Assembly (NCBI GenBank): GCA_012026655.1
Contig: JAAILG010000018.1
Location: 124,001 to 188,000 of the forward strand
Direction: 5' to 3'
Source: Hydrolagus affinis
Lineage: Eukaryota
Length of the DNA stretch: 64,000 bases
The notes beneath the pieces were generated by a model. It was not told the DNA's origin, searched no databases, and saw nothing but the letters and a program-made list of their open reading frames with translations. Positions 37,262 to 50,405 of this stretch are shown here, piece by piece; position 1 is the first letter of the stretch, and each line of letters opens with the position of its first letter. The position numbers and the translations under genes are program-made.

Positions 37262-37530
37262 CCACATACACTTGCACTCACTCGCCTCTGAGGCAGAAGA
37301 TTGAAGTTCCAGTCCAGCATTGAGACTTTGATCTCATAATCAAGGGGCCGCTAGATTATCAGAGATGCCACCGTTTGGATGAAATGATTAAGCAAGGTTC
37401 TGTCTACCTGTTCAGTTGGATGTTAAAGATCCCGTGGCACTATTCAAAAAGAGAAGGCAATTTGCTGATGTCCTGGCCAACAATTCCCCAAATAAAATTA
37501 TCCATTCACTCCTTAGGCGTTTGTAGGACA
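37262..37530 (+). mobile_element. DeuSINE (SacSINE1/AmnSINE1-like) relic
   Basis: Deu-domain-like gatgccaccgtttggatgaaatg...gttaaagatcccgtggcactattc...gtcctggccaac, recognised from memory of the consensus. Confidence 0.7.
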
Positions 37531-37559
37531 TTACAAACGCCTATGGAGTGAACGGATAA

Positions 37560-37826
37560 TAGTGTTCGAATCCAGGCAGGTCAGGGCGAAACCTTGGGAA
37601 AGTTTCCTTACTCCACACGCCTAATAATAATACGTCCAAAAAAAACACAATAATAAAATTGGTCATTTCAATCCACGACTGTTTGTGGGACACTGTTGTG
37701 TGCAATTGGCTGCTGCAATTCACCCACAGGTACACAGTCAATTCACTTTACAGTATATTCTGTGAAGCGTTTTGGGACGTTGATAAGATGTGAAAAGCGG
37801 TATATCAAATGCAAGGATTATTATTA
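37560..37826 (+). mobile_element. SINE family A
   Basis: gttcgaatcc B box, aaaccttgggaaagtttccttactccacacgcct, tail aaatgcaaggattattatta. Confidence 0.88.
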
Positions 37827-40800
37827 CCGAGTACAAATTGACTGCTGCGTTTCCCTACAAATACCCAGTCACTACACTTTACAGCAAAATCTTGAGAAAC
37901 ACTGCAAGATGTTTGAATACCATGATCGGGTAGTATATCAAATACAAGTAGTATTATTATTATTGTGACCATCACTGTGCGACATCCCTGATGTGCACAT
38001 TATGCACAAATGATCTGCATTGACATAACTCGTCTGCTCATTATGTGGGAGACCGGTTCAATTATTACATTGAATCATTCTATTATACTTCATTTTGATC
38101 TTACATTTTACTGTAGAGACAAAGAGTTAGTGCACCTGTGATGAGATGTTCCTTGCTCCAAAATATAATGGCTCGTATTGTAATTGGAAAAGCCGAAGCC
38201 CACATCTTTGAAGTTTCTATACTTTCTTCAAGCAAAATATCTCACCTAGGATACAGGCTGAAAGATTGCCGAGTGACTGCTGATAACCATGGGTGGCCAA
38301 TTTGTTTCTTCTTCTGTTTCAGGAAGGTCCCCGAGGTTTTTACCCAGAAAACTGCAGGTTGTAAATTTGATTGTTGCGCCTCGATCACAGCACCACATCT
38401 CAGTATAAACAATCTATCAATCAAATAAAACCACTCTCCAGAAATGATCCCGCAACATAATTTGGGCTGAATAACAGCAGTGGTTTTTTTTATTTCTATG
38501 TCTGAATGTATTTGAATTGCATTTGAATCTACCAATGTAAGCAGGATAATCTCTTTTTAATATCAGACTAACAGGATATTATTGGAAGTGATTGTATTCT
38601 CTCACTAACCACTGGATGGCCACAGTAAATCTCTTAAGACTCATTTGTATTAAAGAGACAGAATAATTAATTGTGCAGGTGGAGTTCGCTGCATGGATGA
38701 CACCGATATGTTACAAGTTATAAACATTCACTTGAGATATACAAACACGAGGCCATATATCTGTGAAGTAAAATAAGTTCACTTAAAAGTCAATGCAAGT
38801 GTGAAATAAGCACTGCTCATTTGCAAATGGTTCGGGTTGTTTAAAGGGGAGGAAGGAAAGTGTAAAAATACAATTAGAAGCAACATGATCCAGGATTATC
38901 CAATATACACAATACGAATTAGTATCAGGAGAGGGTCAATCTGCCTTCACTGCTGATTCTGGGTAATATCTATAGTTCATTTATTTGCAAAGTTGCCAGT
39001 ATTATGTCTCACAATAAGATCAAGCTGTATATTGGCTATTTTACATTGTATTTCAAACTGTTTTCCTATAGATCTACCTCAGACCAGTAGTGCAATTTCC
39101 ACCTAGAAAAACTCTGGATCAGATCTAAAGTAGTGTTTGTGTAGGCATCAGACATGGAGGGTAACGCACAGACAGAGGTGTACAATTATTTTTATCGAAT
39201 TGGTAAAAATAAAAGCCAGATCAATACTTTAGGATGCATCTTTTCAGTAGAATAAGAGGACGTAGGTTTAGAGTTGTAAAAGTAACTTCAGGATAGACTT
39301 CAGGAAGTCTCCTTTATGCAGACAGTAATCAACCACTGGGACAGGTTGTCAGGAAAGGTGGTAAAGGCCAGGAATTAGACTCATTAAAAAAAAGCAATGC
39401 AGTGGGGGTAGATTAGATCAATAGAGTCACTCCAGTCATGCAGTAGCTTTAAACAACATGAAGAGGGATACCTCGAAGTGAGGCTCTGCTTTGATGTTGT
39501 CTTCGCATTGCAGGTGCAGCTGCACAACAATCAGCCTTGAAGGCATAGACATTGAACATCCCCACACAAGTTTGTAAAGTACTTTGGTACAGTCCTGTTT
39601 GAATGCAGAGGATGTGGAAGCTTATTCAAAAAATGTGGTAGATCAAATCTAAAGTGCACCAATATTTGCCTTTATCGCATACACGAATGACTGATAACTG
39701 AGGGACATTTGAAGGCAGATGTCAAAGTATGGCATATACACTCATACATATGAACTGTGTGTTATGTTATTTTGATATTTTTATACATTAATTACACCAT
39801 TTGCACCCAGTTCACATCGTCCACTGCTTCCGGCAGAACTATCACTTCAAAGGAATCGATTCTGAACACTATCAGAGTGCAAATATCATTACAAATACCA
39901 TACACATCCAGGTTTCTTCAACTCATTCATTCCAATAAATATTTTCTTGTAAGAACTTGGCTCTGATTTCTGACCTGCAGTCATCAAGCTCTGATCTCTC
40001 CTCACACAGCCACCACCATCATCTATCCTCAGGTGGTCAACGAATCAGTATTTAATCAGTATTTGAAATGAAAAAGAACACAGCGAGGTACTAATGGTTG
40101 TAATTTTATCTTAAATTACGACGGTTTTGCTCAAATGCTCCTCTCATTTACAACAACAACAACAACAAAATTACATTGATAGAGCGCCTTTCACGTCGGA
40201 GGAACGTCCCAAGGCGCTGATTTACATCACATGAATTCCTCCTGGAATTATTCCAGAATCAATTGCAGTTTCAGCAACCCGTGTTCATTAAAGCAGAAAG
40301 TCTCGATGACCACAGCTGTACTTTGTTACAAAACAATTCAACTGTGCACACTGGGTTGAAGGCAACATATTGTATTTATTTACTGCAGTAAGCCTCATCT
40401 TAAGCAAATATTCACTTCTACAACAGTCACTCATTTGCCCATACAAATTATTTATAAATAAAGAAATAATTTCCTTATTTTATAGCCCCTTACCACATCA
40501 AAGCACTTGACAAGCAATTATCCTCAACTTTAGTGATCAATTTTGATAAGCTAATAAGCCAGCAAAGTTCGACAAAATCCAAGAGTTGAATGGTGAATTA
40601 AGCTGGATAATTGTTAACCAGGATACTGGAAGAGAATCCCTCTTCTCTTTCATGGACTCTTGACTATCCATTTTAATGATCAGGTGGCAATTCAGTTTAA
40701 CTCCAGGTCTATTATTTATTTTAATTTTAAAAACCATGATGTAAATAGCATTCGTGGCACGCAGGGAGTGCATGCATTGTATTGTTCACCCATTGTCGTG

Positions 40801-41065
40801 AAATCACAAGGGCAAAGCAAGATCAGCCAACCCAGATCAGAGATGAGAGAGAGCCACTCGCTCGCATGATTAGCTAGAAAAATACTGAGAGGAAACTCAG
40901 ATTGTGTAGATGGCTACACCTACTATGGTGGAAGGAGTCAACCACTATTTCAGGAAACTAACCAGATTCTGAAAAGGACCAATAATAATAATAAAAATAA
41001 TAAGATCCTACTTTGTATACTGAATTGTTTCGGAATCTGCCATACATATCTCAGTGGACCAACAC

Positions 41066-41345
41066 GATAATAATGAATCCTTGCAATTTGATATAGTGTT
41101 TTTCACGTCTTCTATACATCTCAAAGCGCTTCACAGAATACACTGTAAAGTGAATTGACTGTGTATTTGTAGGCAAAACGCAACAGTCAATTTCACATAG
41201 CAGTGTCCCACAAACAGTCGTGGATTGAAGTGACCGATTTATTATTGTTTTCTTTCTTGAGGGATTCTTATCAGGTGTGTGGAGAAAGGAAACTTGCCCA
41301 AGGTTTCGCCCTGCCAGGAATCAAACCCAGATATCTTGCTAAGTG
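41066..41345 (-). mobile_element. SINE family A
   Basis: Reverse complement of the same body and tail. Confidence 0.88.
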
Positions 41346-41794
41346 AGTTACAAATGCAGATGTACATTGAATTGGCACAAGTCCAGGAATTTTGTTTTCC
41401 TCTCGGGTTATCATGGTAAAGTCGAGAACAAACTTGACAAGCGTAGCCATCTTCAAATTCCCTGAGCTGGCAATTCCATTGTCAAACACAAAGCTTTCAA
41501 AGTACCAGTTGGTAAGTCAGCAAAATGAATCCACCGCTGCTGACTAAATAAATTACAGTGGTTATTAGGCTGAGGTCTGGAGACCAATGTATGACTCACA
41601 AATGGTTTGAGTTCAGAGACATAAGCTTTTGGATTAAACAGGCCACAGAAACACAGGAATTCCCATATTGCAAGGTACACCACCCTGTAATCCCCCAAAG
41701 CTACCCACAAATTGCAGCTCCAGAACTTCCAAGAAGGAATGACTAATGTACCCTTCTCTTCCCCAACTGCAAGTGAACAGGCTAACTGCCAGGG

Positions 41795-41865
41795 GTGCAG
41801 TCTTTTGGATGAGCTGTTAAACTGAGACTCTGTCTGTCTGTTGAGATCCCATGACACTATTAGAA
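41795..41865 (+). mobile_element. DeuSINE fragment
   Basis: ttttggatgagctgttaaactgag...gatcccatgacactatt, similar to 37370-37445. Confidence 0.55.
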
Positions 41866-42030
41866 ATATGAGTTGTTAAGGTTAGGGTGACTGTATATGC
41901 TGGTAGGTGATGGGTTTCCTTAAGTTTCAGACACTCAGCTGACTACCCCCCAAAAAAAACTTTCAGAAATTTCATCATGATAGGGCATTGTAACAATGTA
42001 AGTACTTTTATTTTGATTTCATCTGACCAC

Positions 42031-42262
42031 ATAATCCTTGCATTTGTTATAGCACTTTTCACGTCTTCTAGACGTCTCAAAGCACTTCACAGAATATACT
42101 GTAAAGTTAATTGACTGTATATTTGTGGGTAAAAATTACTTTGCAAATAATGAGGCAAATGTTAACCAATAACAATACGCTTCAAAGCACTTTGAGATGC
42201 CTTGAAGGTGTGATAAGGCGCTGTATGAAATGCAAGGATTATTATTAGAAGTATTATTATTA
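42031..42262. mobile_element. Two inverted SINE family A tails (42031..42135 minus, 42178..42262 plus)
   Basis: ataatccttgcatt...tcaaagcactt versus aagcactttgaga...aatgcaaggattatt. Confidence 0.75.
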
Positions 42263-43648
42263 CTACATGCCCCAGAAGTGTATACATTCCTAATGTTTTG
42301 ATCCTGGAATTCAATACTTTTTCCTAGAATCTCTTTATTTGATAACTTCCAAACTATTAGTTCCAATGATTAACAAAGGTGGCCAAAGTAGCACGTATTT
42401 ATACCTAATTTAGGAACAAGAAGTCCTCATATGACAATCTGCTTAACCTGGGATATATACAAGGGCCAGGTACAATAACCAACAAATAATGGAAAATAAA
42501 TCATTGAGTGGCACCGGGCCATCTCGTTCATGTACATCTCAAACATGAGGGAGGTAATCCAAATGTGCCATGAATGATTTAATTTTCATAAACCATAAGT
42601 CGTTGGCTTGGTACTTTGTTTAGGCCAGTTGTCTGTCTGGTGTCTGTTTGATGGTTTATTCATTTACAAAGCTTACGTCATTCATTTCTATTACACATTG
42701 ACGATGTGTGATCATGTGTGATCAAATGTGATAATTTCGTCAAGTTTTATTTTGCCATTTGAAAATTTTAACACATTTTTCAGTAGCATATGAGCAATAT
42801 CACACAAAGCTATAGTTATTTATTTCATCCATTATGCGCAATATAAATCCCCAAATGTCTTTTGTGAGTGTAACAAATTTTTAAAAAAGTGACTTGTTGA
42901 CTTTTGTTTGGCTTAAAGTATCTTTATCTTCTGGATATCACAGGGATTTTGCCTCAAAAAACTAGTTTCGGTCTCCAGTTCAGCATTATTTCCTTGAGTT
43001 TAATGGCATTTCTCTGTTCATGAAATGTAATTTATTCCACTTAGAACTACTGTCAACATGCCTCTTTCAAACTGAGGTTACTGCTCGAGCATTCAAGCTT
43101 TTTTTTTAATATAAAATAAGATACTATATTTGTAGTTTCAGCTCTTCACAACAATTAGGGTAAAATAGGTTGCATTAAACACTCCCAAACTACCTAACCA
43201 CTAATCACCATCTCCCCGTCTCCCTCTCCCAAGATCTTTATCAGAACCACTGAGCCACTAAATTATATACATTCTTGAAAACTCCAATAAACTGCACTTG
43301 GCAAGTACACTATACACTTAGAAAGATACTTTGAAATGGAATAAAAATCCATACTTAGAAAAACATCAAAAGAAAATTCACCCAAATCAAAAAGGCTCCC
43401 AGCCAAAATGTCTTCTGATTTCTGGTCACAGTAAGTTATTGGATTTGGAATGCCTACTTACTGTCAGAGTTGTGTATCCTTCAGGCTGCAGAATGCTATT
43501 GAGCTTCACCAAGGTTTGGACTCCACTCCAACTTCACTGATGATTCGGTACCAAAACAATTAATAGCAGCTGTCTCCTATTTACAGCATGGCTAATAGCA
43601 ACAGAAAACAGCACACAACACAACAGCAGTTTAGAGGAAATGAGGTTT

Positions 43649-45146
43649 CAACAACAACAACAAAATTGCACTTATATAGCGCCTTTCACGTCGGGAGGAC
43701 GTCCCAAAGCGCTGAACAGTCAGATCAGGACCTGAGCGGGGGGAGGGAGGGTCGGGGGAAGAGGAAGGAGAGTGGGAGAGGGGGAAGAGTTAGTGGGGCA
43801 GCCGAAGGAGTGGTCAAAGAGGGAGATCTTGAGACCGGCCTTGAAGGCGGAAAGGGAGGAAGCAAGGCAGAGGGGTTGCAGGATGGAGTTCCGCAGTGTG
43901 GGAGCAGAGCAGCTGAAAGCCCGGCCGCCGATGGTTGGGGAGGTTAGGGCGGTGGATACAGAGCAGGCCTGAGTCTGCTGAACGGAGGGGATGGGCAGGC
44001 TGATAGGGAGACAGTAGGTCAGAGAGATAGGCGGGGGCAAGGCCGTGAATGGCCTTGAAAGTGAGAACAAGGATCTTGAATTCAATCCTCTGGGTGACAG
44101 GGAACCAGTGGAGACGGGCAAGGGTGGGAGTGATGTGGTCGTGAAGCCTGGTGCGGGAGAGTACATGAGCTGCAGAATTCTGAATGATTTGCAGCCTATG
44201 AAGGCAGGAGCTGGGGAGGCCGACGAGGAGAGAGTTCCCGTAGTCGAGCTTGGAAGTGATAAAGGCGTGGATGAGAGTTTCGGTGGCATGTGGGGTGAGC
44301 TAGTGGCGGAGTCTGGCAATACTCTGTGCCGGTCATGGAGCGGATGTGGGGGAGAAAGGATAGTTCGGGGTCAAACAAGATGCTCAGATTCCTAATTGGC
44401 TTCGAGAGGTGGAGAGAGCAGCCTTGAACGCTGATGTTGTCAGCGCTTGAGGTATGGAGGTGCTGACGTGAGCCAATCGGGAGGGCTTCCGTCTTGTTGA
44501 CGTTAAGTTGTAGGAAATTTGCCCTCGTCCAGGACTCAATGTCGGACAGACATGCAGTCAGAACGCCAGTGGTCCTGGAGTCGAGGGTTGACGTGGATAG
44601 GTAGAGTTGGGTGTCATCCGCATACATGTGGAAATTTACCCCATGTCTGTGGATGATATTGCCCAGTGGAAGAGTGTAGAGGGTGAAGAGTAGGGGGCCA
44701 AGGACAGAGCCCTGGGGAATGCCGCATGTGATTGTGTGGGGGCTGAAAAAGAAGCTGTTGGGGGAGATGAAGTGAAGGCGGTGGGAGAGATAGGACCGGA
44801 ACCATTCAAGGACAGAGCCTTGCAGGTTGAGGAGGGAGGTGAGGCGGTGGAGGAGGATACCGTGGTCCACGGTATCGAAGGCAGCAGATAGGTCGAGGAG
44901 GACGAGAAGGCAGAGGGAGCCCTGGTCACAGATGGTCAGGATGTCGTTTGTGACCTTGAACAGGGCAATTTCCGTGCTGTGGGAGGCACGGAAACCCGAT
45001 TGGAGGGGTTCGAGGAGTGTGTGTTTTGTGAGGACAGAGCAGAGTTGAGAGGCAACCACTCTTTCAAGAACCTCGGAAAGGAAGGGGAGGTTGGAGATGG
45101 GCCAGTAGTTTGATAGCTGTAACGCATCGAGGGAAGGCCAGTAGTT
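43649..45146 (-). mobile_element. 5'-truncated L2-clade LINE: RT domain plus 3' end, frameshifted
   Basis: ORF 44196..45167 has NYWPISNLPFLS, QSGFR..HSTE, LLDLSAAFDTVDH, GIPQGSVLGPLLF and YADDTQLY; 3' tail gtgaaaggcgctatataagtgcaatt(ttg)n. Confidence 0.95.
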
Positions 45147-45334
45147 AGCTTCTTTTTTTCCTCTCACATATGTATCTCATGACCCAATATGGCCTGATTT
45201 ATGTCCACCCATTTCATTCAGCAATTAGCAGATAAGCTTTCAGCCACTTTCTTTTTGGCAGCAGAAGTGGCTGAACCTTCGGAAACTCATTACCATGATA
45301 TAAGTAACCAAACTAAAGGGAGAGGTCCATGCAT

Positions 45335-46245
45335 CTCAGTATTTCGGAGAGGAGGGTCTTGAGACGGATCTTGAAGGAGGCAACAGAAACAGCGATGAGG
45401 AAGGAATGTGGGACGGAGTTGCAGAGGGTGGGGCCAGAGTGACAGAAGGCCCGCCTGCCAATTGTGGAGTGGGTGAAGCAGGGAACTTGAAGCAGGCCAG
45501 AGTCCGTTGAGTGGACAGAGTGGGCAGATTTGTAGGGGGCTGTGCTGTTTGTAGGGGATTAGAAGGTTGCAGAGGTAGAGGGGAACAAGACCCTGGGGAG
45601 CTTTGAAGATGAGGACCAGGATCTTGAATTATATCTTGTGTGATGGGAAGCCAGTGGAGTCGGGCGAGGATGGGGGTGATAGGGTCACGGGGCCTGGTGC
45701 AGATGAGGATATGAGCTGCAGAGTTCTGGATGATCTGCAGCCTACGGAGTGAGGAGTTGGGAGGGCCGACAAGCATAGCCGAGGTGAGGGTCTCGGCAGC
45801 CTGCAGTGTGAGAGAGTGGCGAAGCCGGGCAATGTTGCGGAGGGGGGGAAGGTAGAGTAGGACAGGGCAAGGCTGTGGGGGAGAAAGGATTGTCCTGGAG
45901 TCAAGGGTTGAGGAAGAGAGGTAATAGTTGTAGAGATAAATGTGGAAATTGACCCCATGTCTGCAGGTGATGTCACCAAGAGGGAGCATATAGATATTGA
46001 AAAGGAGGGATCCAAGAGCAGGGCCCCGAGGAACTCTGCACAAGACGGTGCAGGAGCTAGAGGAGAAACAGTTTGTGGAGACAAAGTGGAGATAGTGTGA
46101 GAGGTAGGATCTGAACCAGTCAGGGGCAGAACCATGAAAGTTGACGTGAGATGAATGTGGGTGGAGGAGGATAGAGTAGTCAATGGTATCAAAAACAGCA
46201 GAGAGATTAAGGAGGATGAGGAGACAGAGGGAGCCATGGCCACAG
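45335..46245 (-). mobile_element. Second, more decayed L2 fragment in tandem with the first
   Basis: VPRGPALGSLLFNIYMLPLG, RLQIIQNSAA and PITPILARLHWLP motifs, with internal deletions. Confidence 0.9.
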
Positions 46246-47139
46246 ATAGAATTTTTTTTATTTGGTATTTGGGAATGCCAGGCTGTATAGGGGTAACTGC
46301 TGGAGTCTTAACCAACAAAAAACCACAAAGCTTGCCATTGATATCACTGTCTGCCAGGTTTTCTCGCTGATTGTCCCAACCAGGGCTATCCTACCCACTG
46401 GGACTTTGGCTTGTAGGGATAACAGGAACTGACTCCCTGCCCCCCAGTGACTGGTCTCCCCTCTCAGGTCATGCCTATGAGCCAGTTTGGCTGTTATCAG
46501 CAATGTCGAGTACTACGGGCCTAACTGGTTCAGTAATTGGATTAGCTGGACCGCCACAGAGGATTGGCTCGATTTTGACATTCCTTTGTCAAACATTTCC
46601 CATTGGAGCCAATTCAGCTCTAAGAAGACCTTGCTTACCTTCCCCACCCCCAGGAGGATAGTCGTTAGTTGATCATTTGACGTCCAACAAGTGCAGATTT
46701 GAGCTCTCACTAAGTGGATGCCAGATTCTATGAACTCCTTATGAGTTTCCGAGAAGAAAATAGCTCAGCGTGAAATCATTAGTCACTGCTGTCAGTCACT
46801 TTGTCCTCAACCTCTAGAATTCTCTTGCAAAATCCCTCCACCCCATCTCCTCCTTGCGTGCAACCCCTCATCTCCCTTCGAGCTCAAGCTCCCACTTTAT
46901 CTTTGCAAAGCCTGTGAATGGCCCAATAAAAGTACAAAATTGATGCACTTTTAATGCAAATTAATTAAACATTTACAAGAGGGAAGCTTGAAATTAACTC
47001 TTATGTAGTCGATACCACTTTGGTCAAAACACTGTTTAGACAATGCATGCCACTGAATTTGGGGTGGGAATCGGGGTAAAGAGATCCCGATGAAGTGCAC
47101 ACTGCATTTGCTGACTTTCTCACATGTATCATGGGAAGA

Positions 47140-47311
47140 GGTACATCATAACAACTTTTAAAAGAGATGTAGACATTTATTTGGGGAGGACAGGTTTGCG
47201 CGGTTATGGGGAGAAAGCTGGACAGTGGGATTGAATTGCTCTTTTCAAGAGCCGGAACAGAATGGCCCGAATGGCCTTCTTTTGTGGCATAAGATTCTAT
47301 GATTCTATGAT
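47140..47311 (+). mobile_element. CR1 3' tail
   Basis: ggttatggggagaaagc...gaatggcc... ending in the attctatg repeat, a CR1-type terminal motif. Confidence 0.7.
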
Positions 47312-48232
47312 CATATGGTTTCCATCAATAATGGGACAGATCCGATCTTGATTTACAATGTGAGATGAGAAGGTAAAAGCATGTCTTACAGGAGTTATTC
47401 TTCCCTGTTCTCTTTCTGTCTGGATCATTTGATTCCTGAAGTAAATCTTCAGCAATGATTTGCCTTTTAAGACAATAACTGACAGTACACTGAGCTGCGC
47501 AAGCTGCAGATCTAGGCACCAAGCCAGATATTTTGGTGATTTTTCAAGACCTTTAGGTTGGCTTGAACTTGTTCACCAGAGTGCTTTTGGCAAGAAAGTT
47601 AGTTCCAGAAAGTTTGGATGTTTACAGAAACCCTGAAATTCTCAGAAAATGTAATCTCTGCAACCTCTACCCCCTTCTTGTTACCTGTGTAGCAGAAAGT
47701 CCAATGGCTGGCCTCAAGCATTTCCATTAAGGACTTGTTCTGTAGCTGCTTTACTCTATCTAGTGGCTTGGCTACATATCAGCTTTACATAAAAAATAGA
47801 AAGATATTTCCCCCTCCATATCCAAACTTATGTTGCTTTGAGCAGTGAGTTTGGCTTAAAAAATATTTTTATGTCCAAAATTCCTTACGAATATTATCCA
47901 CTTATTCAGGCTTCTGTACAACTTGTGGAGGGATGGATGCTTTGCCCTATATGGAGATTTTGTATGCGAATGCCACTTCTGTTCTATTCAAACTGTGCTC
48001 GTGGATTACTTTATAAAGTCCACAACAAATATTATACTGTAAAAGGCAATGGCTTGTTTTACAAGTTCTACAGACTGTTCTCAATCTGAGGCCACATTGG
48101 GTTGTATTCTTTCTGCTTTAATAATAAGAGGATGGGATGAACTGACTTCTATCAGTGTCATGGGATGCCATTCTGTGGTTTCAGGTAGAAACTACAGCTA
48201 TTCTGTGTTAGTATGTTATTTGTCTTACAATG

Positions 48233-49151
48233 TGGTCCCCATTCGAATAACCGGATCTTATCCAGCACAATCGCGGTGTCGCATTTAATGAGTCGATGTT
48301 GCACAAGATTACAGTACAATTAGTTCTGAACGCTGCCGGTAGTGGCACTTTCTTCTTAAAGCCGCACTGTCAGTTTTTCCTCTCCCTCTCCTTTTTCTCT
48401 CTCCCTCTTTTTCTTTCGCTCTCTCCTTCCTTTCAATCTCTCCCTCTCTCTTTCTATCTCTTACCCATGTTCTTTCTTTCTTTCTTTCTTTCTTTCTTTC
48501 ATTCGTTCATTCGTTCTTTTGTTCGTTCTTGCGTTCTTTCTTTCGTTCTTTCTCTCTCTCTCTCTGACGGATACTACAATGCCTGACTGTATCGTGGGTT
48601 TATACACTGTTTTGACGGGGGGGTGGGGTGAGAGAAGGAGAGAGAGGCAGGGAAGGGGTGGTGGGGGGAGTAGGGGGAGAAAGAGAGAGGAGTGGGAGGG
48701 GGAGAGAGGTGGGGAGAGGAAGAGGGTGAGAGAGGTGAGTTGATCAATTCAGATGAAAAATGAGAGGAGTGGAAGGGGGTTGGGTTTGAAGCCATTGAGA
48801 TGCCAGATTGGCTGAGTGTGTGTGAAAGAGAGGGAAGGAGGGAGACAAAGAAAGAAAAAAAAAGGAAAAAACGACAGTACTGCTTTAAGCCACTACATTC
48901 CGCCGTTGTAGAAGTTTGCTTTGTGATTGTGTGCTATGTTTATAGACTGTAATCAACATTTATTGCTTTATTGGTAAGTATCCATACAATATTCAGTTAT
49001 TATTCAGTCTATTATATTAATATGGTATGTTTAAAAAAAAGTAAATTTTTTTCGTGTTGAGTTTTTGGCAGCTGGCCGCCCGAATATCCGGCACGCGGTT
49101 TAACCGGCATTGGCCAGGTCCCGAGGGTGCCGGATAAACGGGCTTTTACTG
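48233..49151. mobile_element. MITE family B, left end missing
   Basis: Ends gtgccggataaacgggcttttactg|TA; aligns along its length with 53709..54533. Confidence 0.82.
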
Positions 49152-50179
49152 TAATTATATCAAAGCAGTTACTTAGCTCTTGAATATCTGTTATAACATG
49201 AGAGGTAGTAAAATAGGTTATAACATTCAACAGTTAATTGCCAAAAATTCAGTGTTTTTACAATTTCTTCGGGGGCACAGCCATTTTCCGTTAGTCCTCA
49301 GGTTCAATAGAACAGTGGATACAAACCACTGAGATGAAGCAGTTTACCAGAACAAACTCCAAGCAGTAGTTGCCTGGTGATTCTACATCACCTGTACTAC
49401 AGAGCAAGCTTTACAGAAACCCATTAACTAAAGCACATATTTCAACTTTACTGACAAACCGACATACAACGCTACTACCTTTCTGATTACATTACACACA
49501 AATAACGGATTTAATCTGCAGACATAACCGTGAATCAGATGGTTTCTGTCTGAGTAGAATTTCGGTTGCCATCATTGGCCTCGTGTCTTTGCACTCGGGA
49601 GGAGATAAATCTACAAAACTGGTCTCTCCTGTTCACAATCCAATGACTCCGCCTGTGGGTACTTCAACATCAAGTAACAACATAATCATTTCTTAGGTGT
49701 AATGCCCTAGGGCTTACATGATTGAATGGTGTGCCGACCCTCGCTGGTGACAAATGGCCTCTTAAATGAGGTGTAGGAAGGCTGCCTTGGAAGCATAATG
49801 TAGCTTAAGACAGCAATTTTAGGAAAGAAAATTGAACTTTTTTAAAAAATAAGTTGGAAATCAAATTTCCTAGGCTGCGCCATCTCTCATAACAGAAATG
49901 AAAAACTACATTTACTAACCGTTCTATAAATTGTACAACCGGAAAGGAAGGGAGGTTGAGCTCTGAAAGGGAAGGCTGAATACTGTAAAGCGGTCGATCA
50001 AACCCAGTGGAACGGTAGCAATTGTAAACACTTTGGGTGTGGTGATACTTAAGGCTACCGTGAACGCCTCAATTGTAGGAGCTGTGCTAACCTGATAAAT
50101 AGAGGACAGTGTGTATTGCCCATTACACTGCAGATCCACCCAAAATGACAACACAGCTGTATGCCTTGCTTTTAAGTTA

Positions 50180-50405
50180 TGCTCATTCAGAGAAGAAGGG
50201 AGTTGTTTCTCCTGGTGTCCTGACCAACAATCCTCTGGGAAAATGATTTACCTTCCGGTTATTTGTGGAGTACTGCCGTGGCAAAATTGACCCCTGGGTT
50301 CACCAACAAATACACGGTCATTACATTTTACTAAAAAAAACTCTGTGAAGTGCTTTGAGACATTAACAAAATGGGGTGCACTATCAAAATATAAAGCTTA
50401 TTATT
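50180..50405 (+). mobile_element. DeuSINE 3' fragment with L2-like tail
   Basis: gaagaagggagttgtttctcctggtgtcctgaccaacaatcc...gtgaagtgctttgagaca. Confidence 0.55.

Noticed and set aside
44196-45167. Active or domesticated reverse transcriptase gene, or a retron-like system
   Set aside because: 5'-truncated L2 with no endonuclease domain, a frameshift after the RT core, and an ATG supplied by flanking DNA.
46414-46426. TAGGGATAACAGG, resembling an I-SceI site or LSU rRNA motif
   Set aside because: Only 13 of 18 bp match, with no surrounding rRNA or vector similarity; probably chance.
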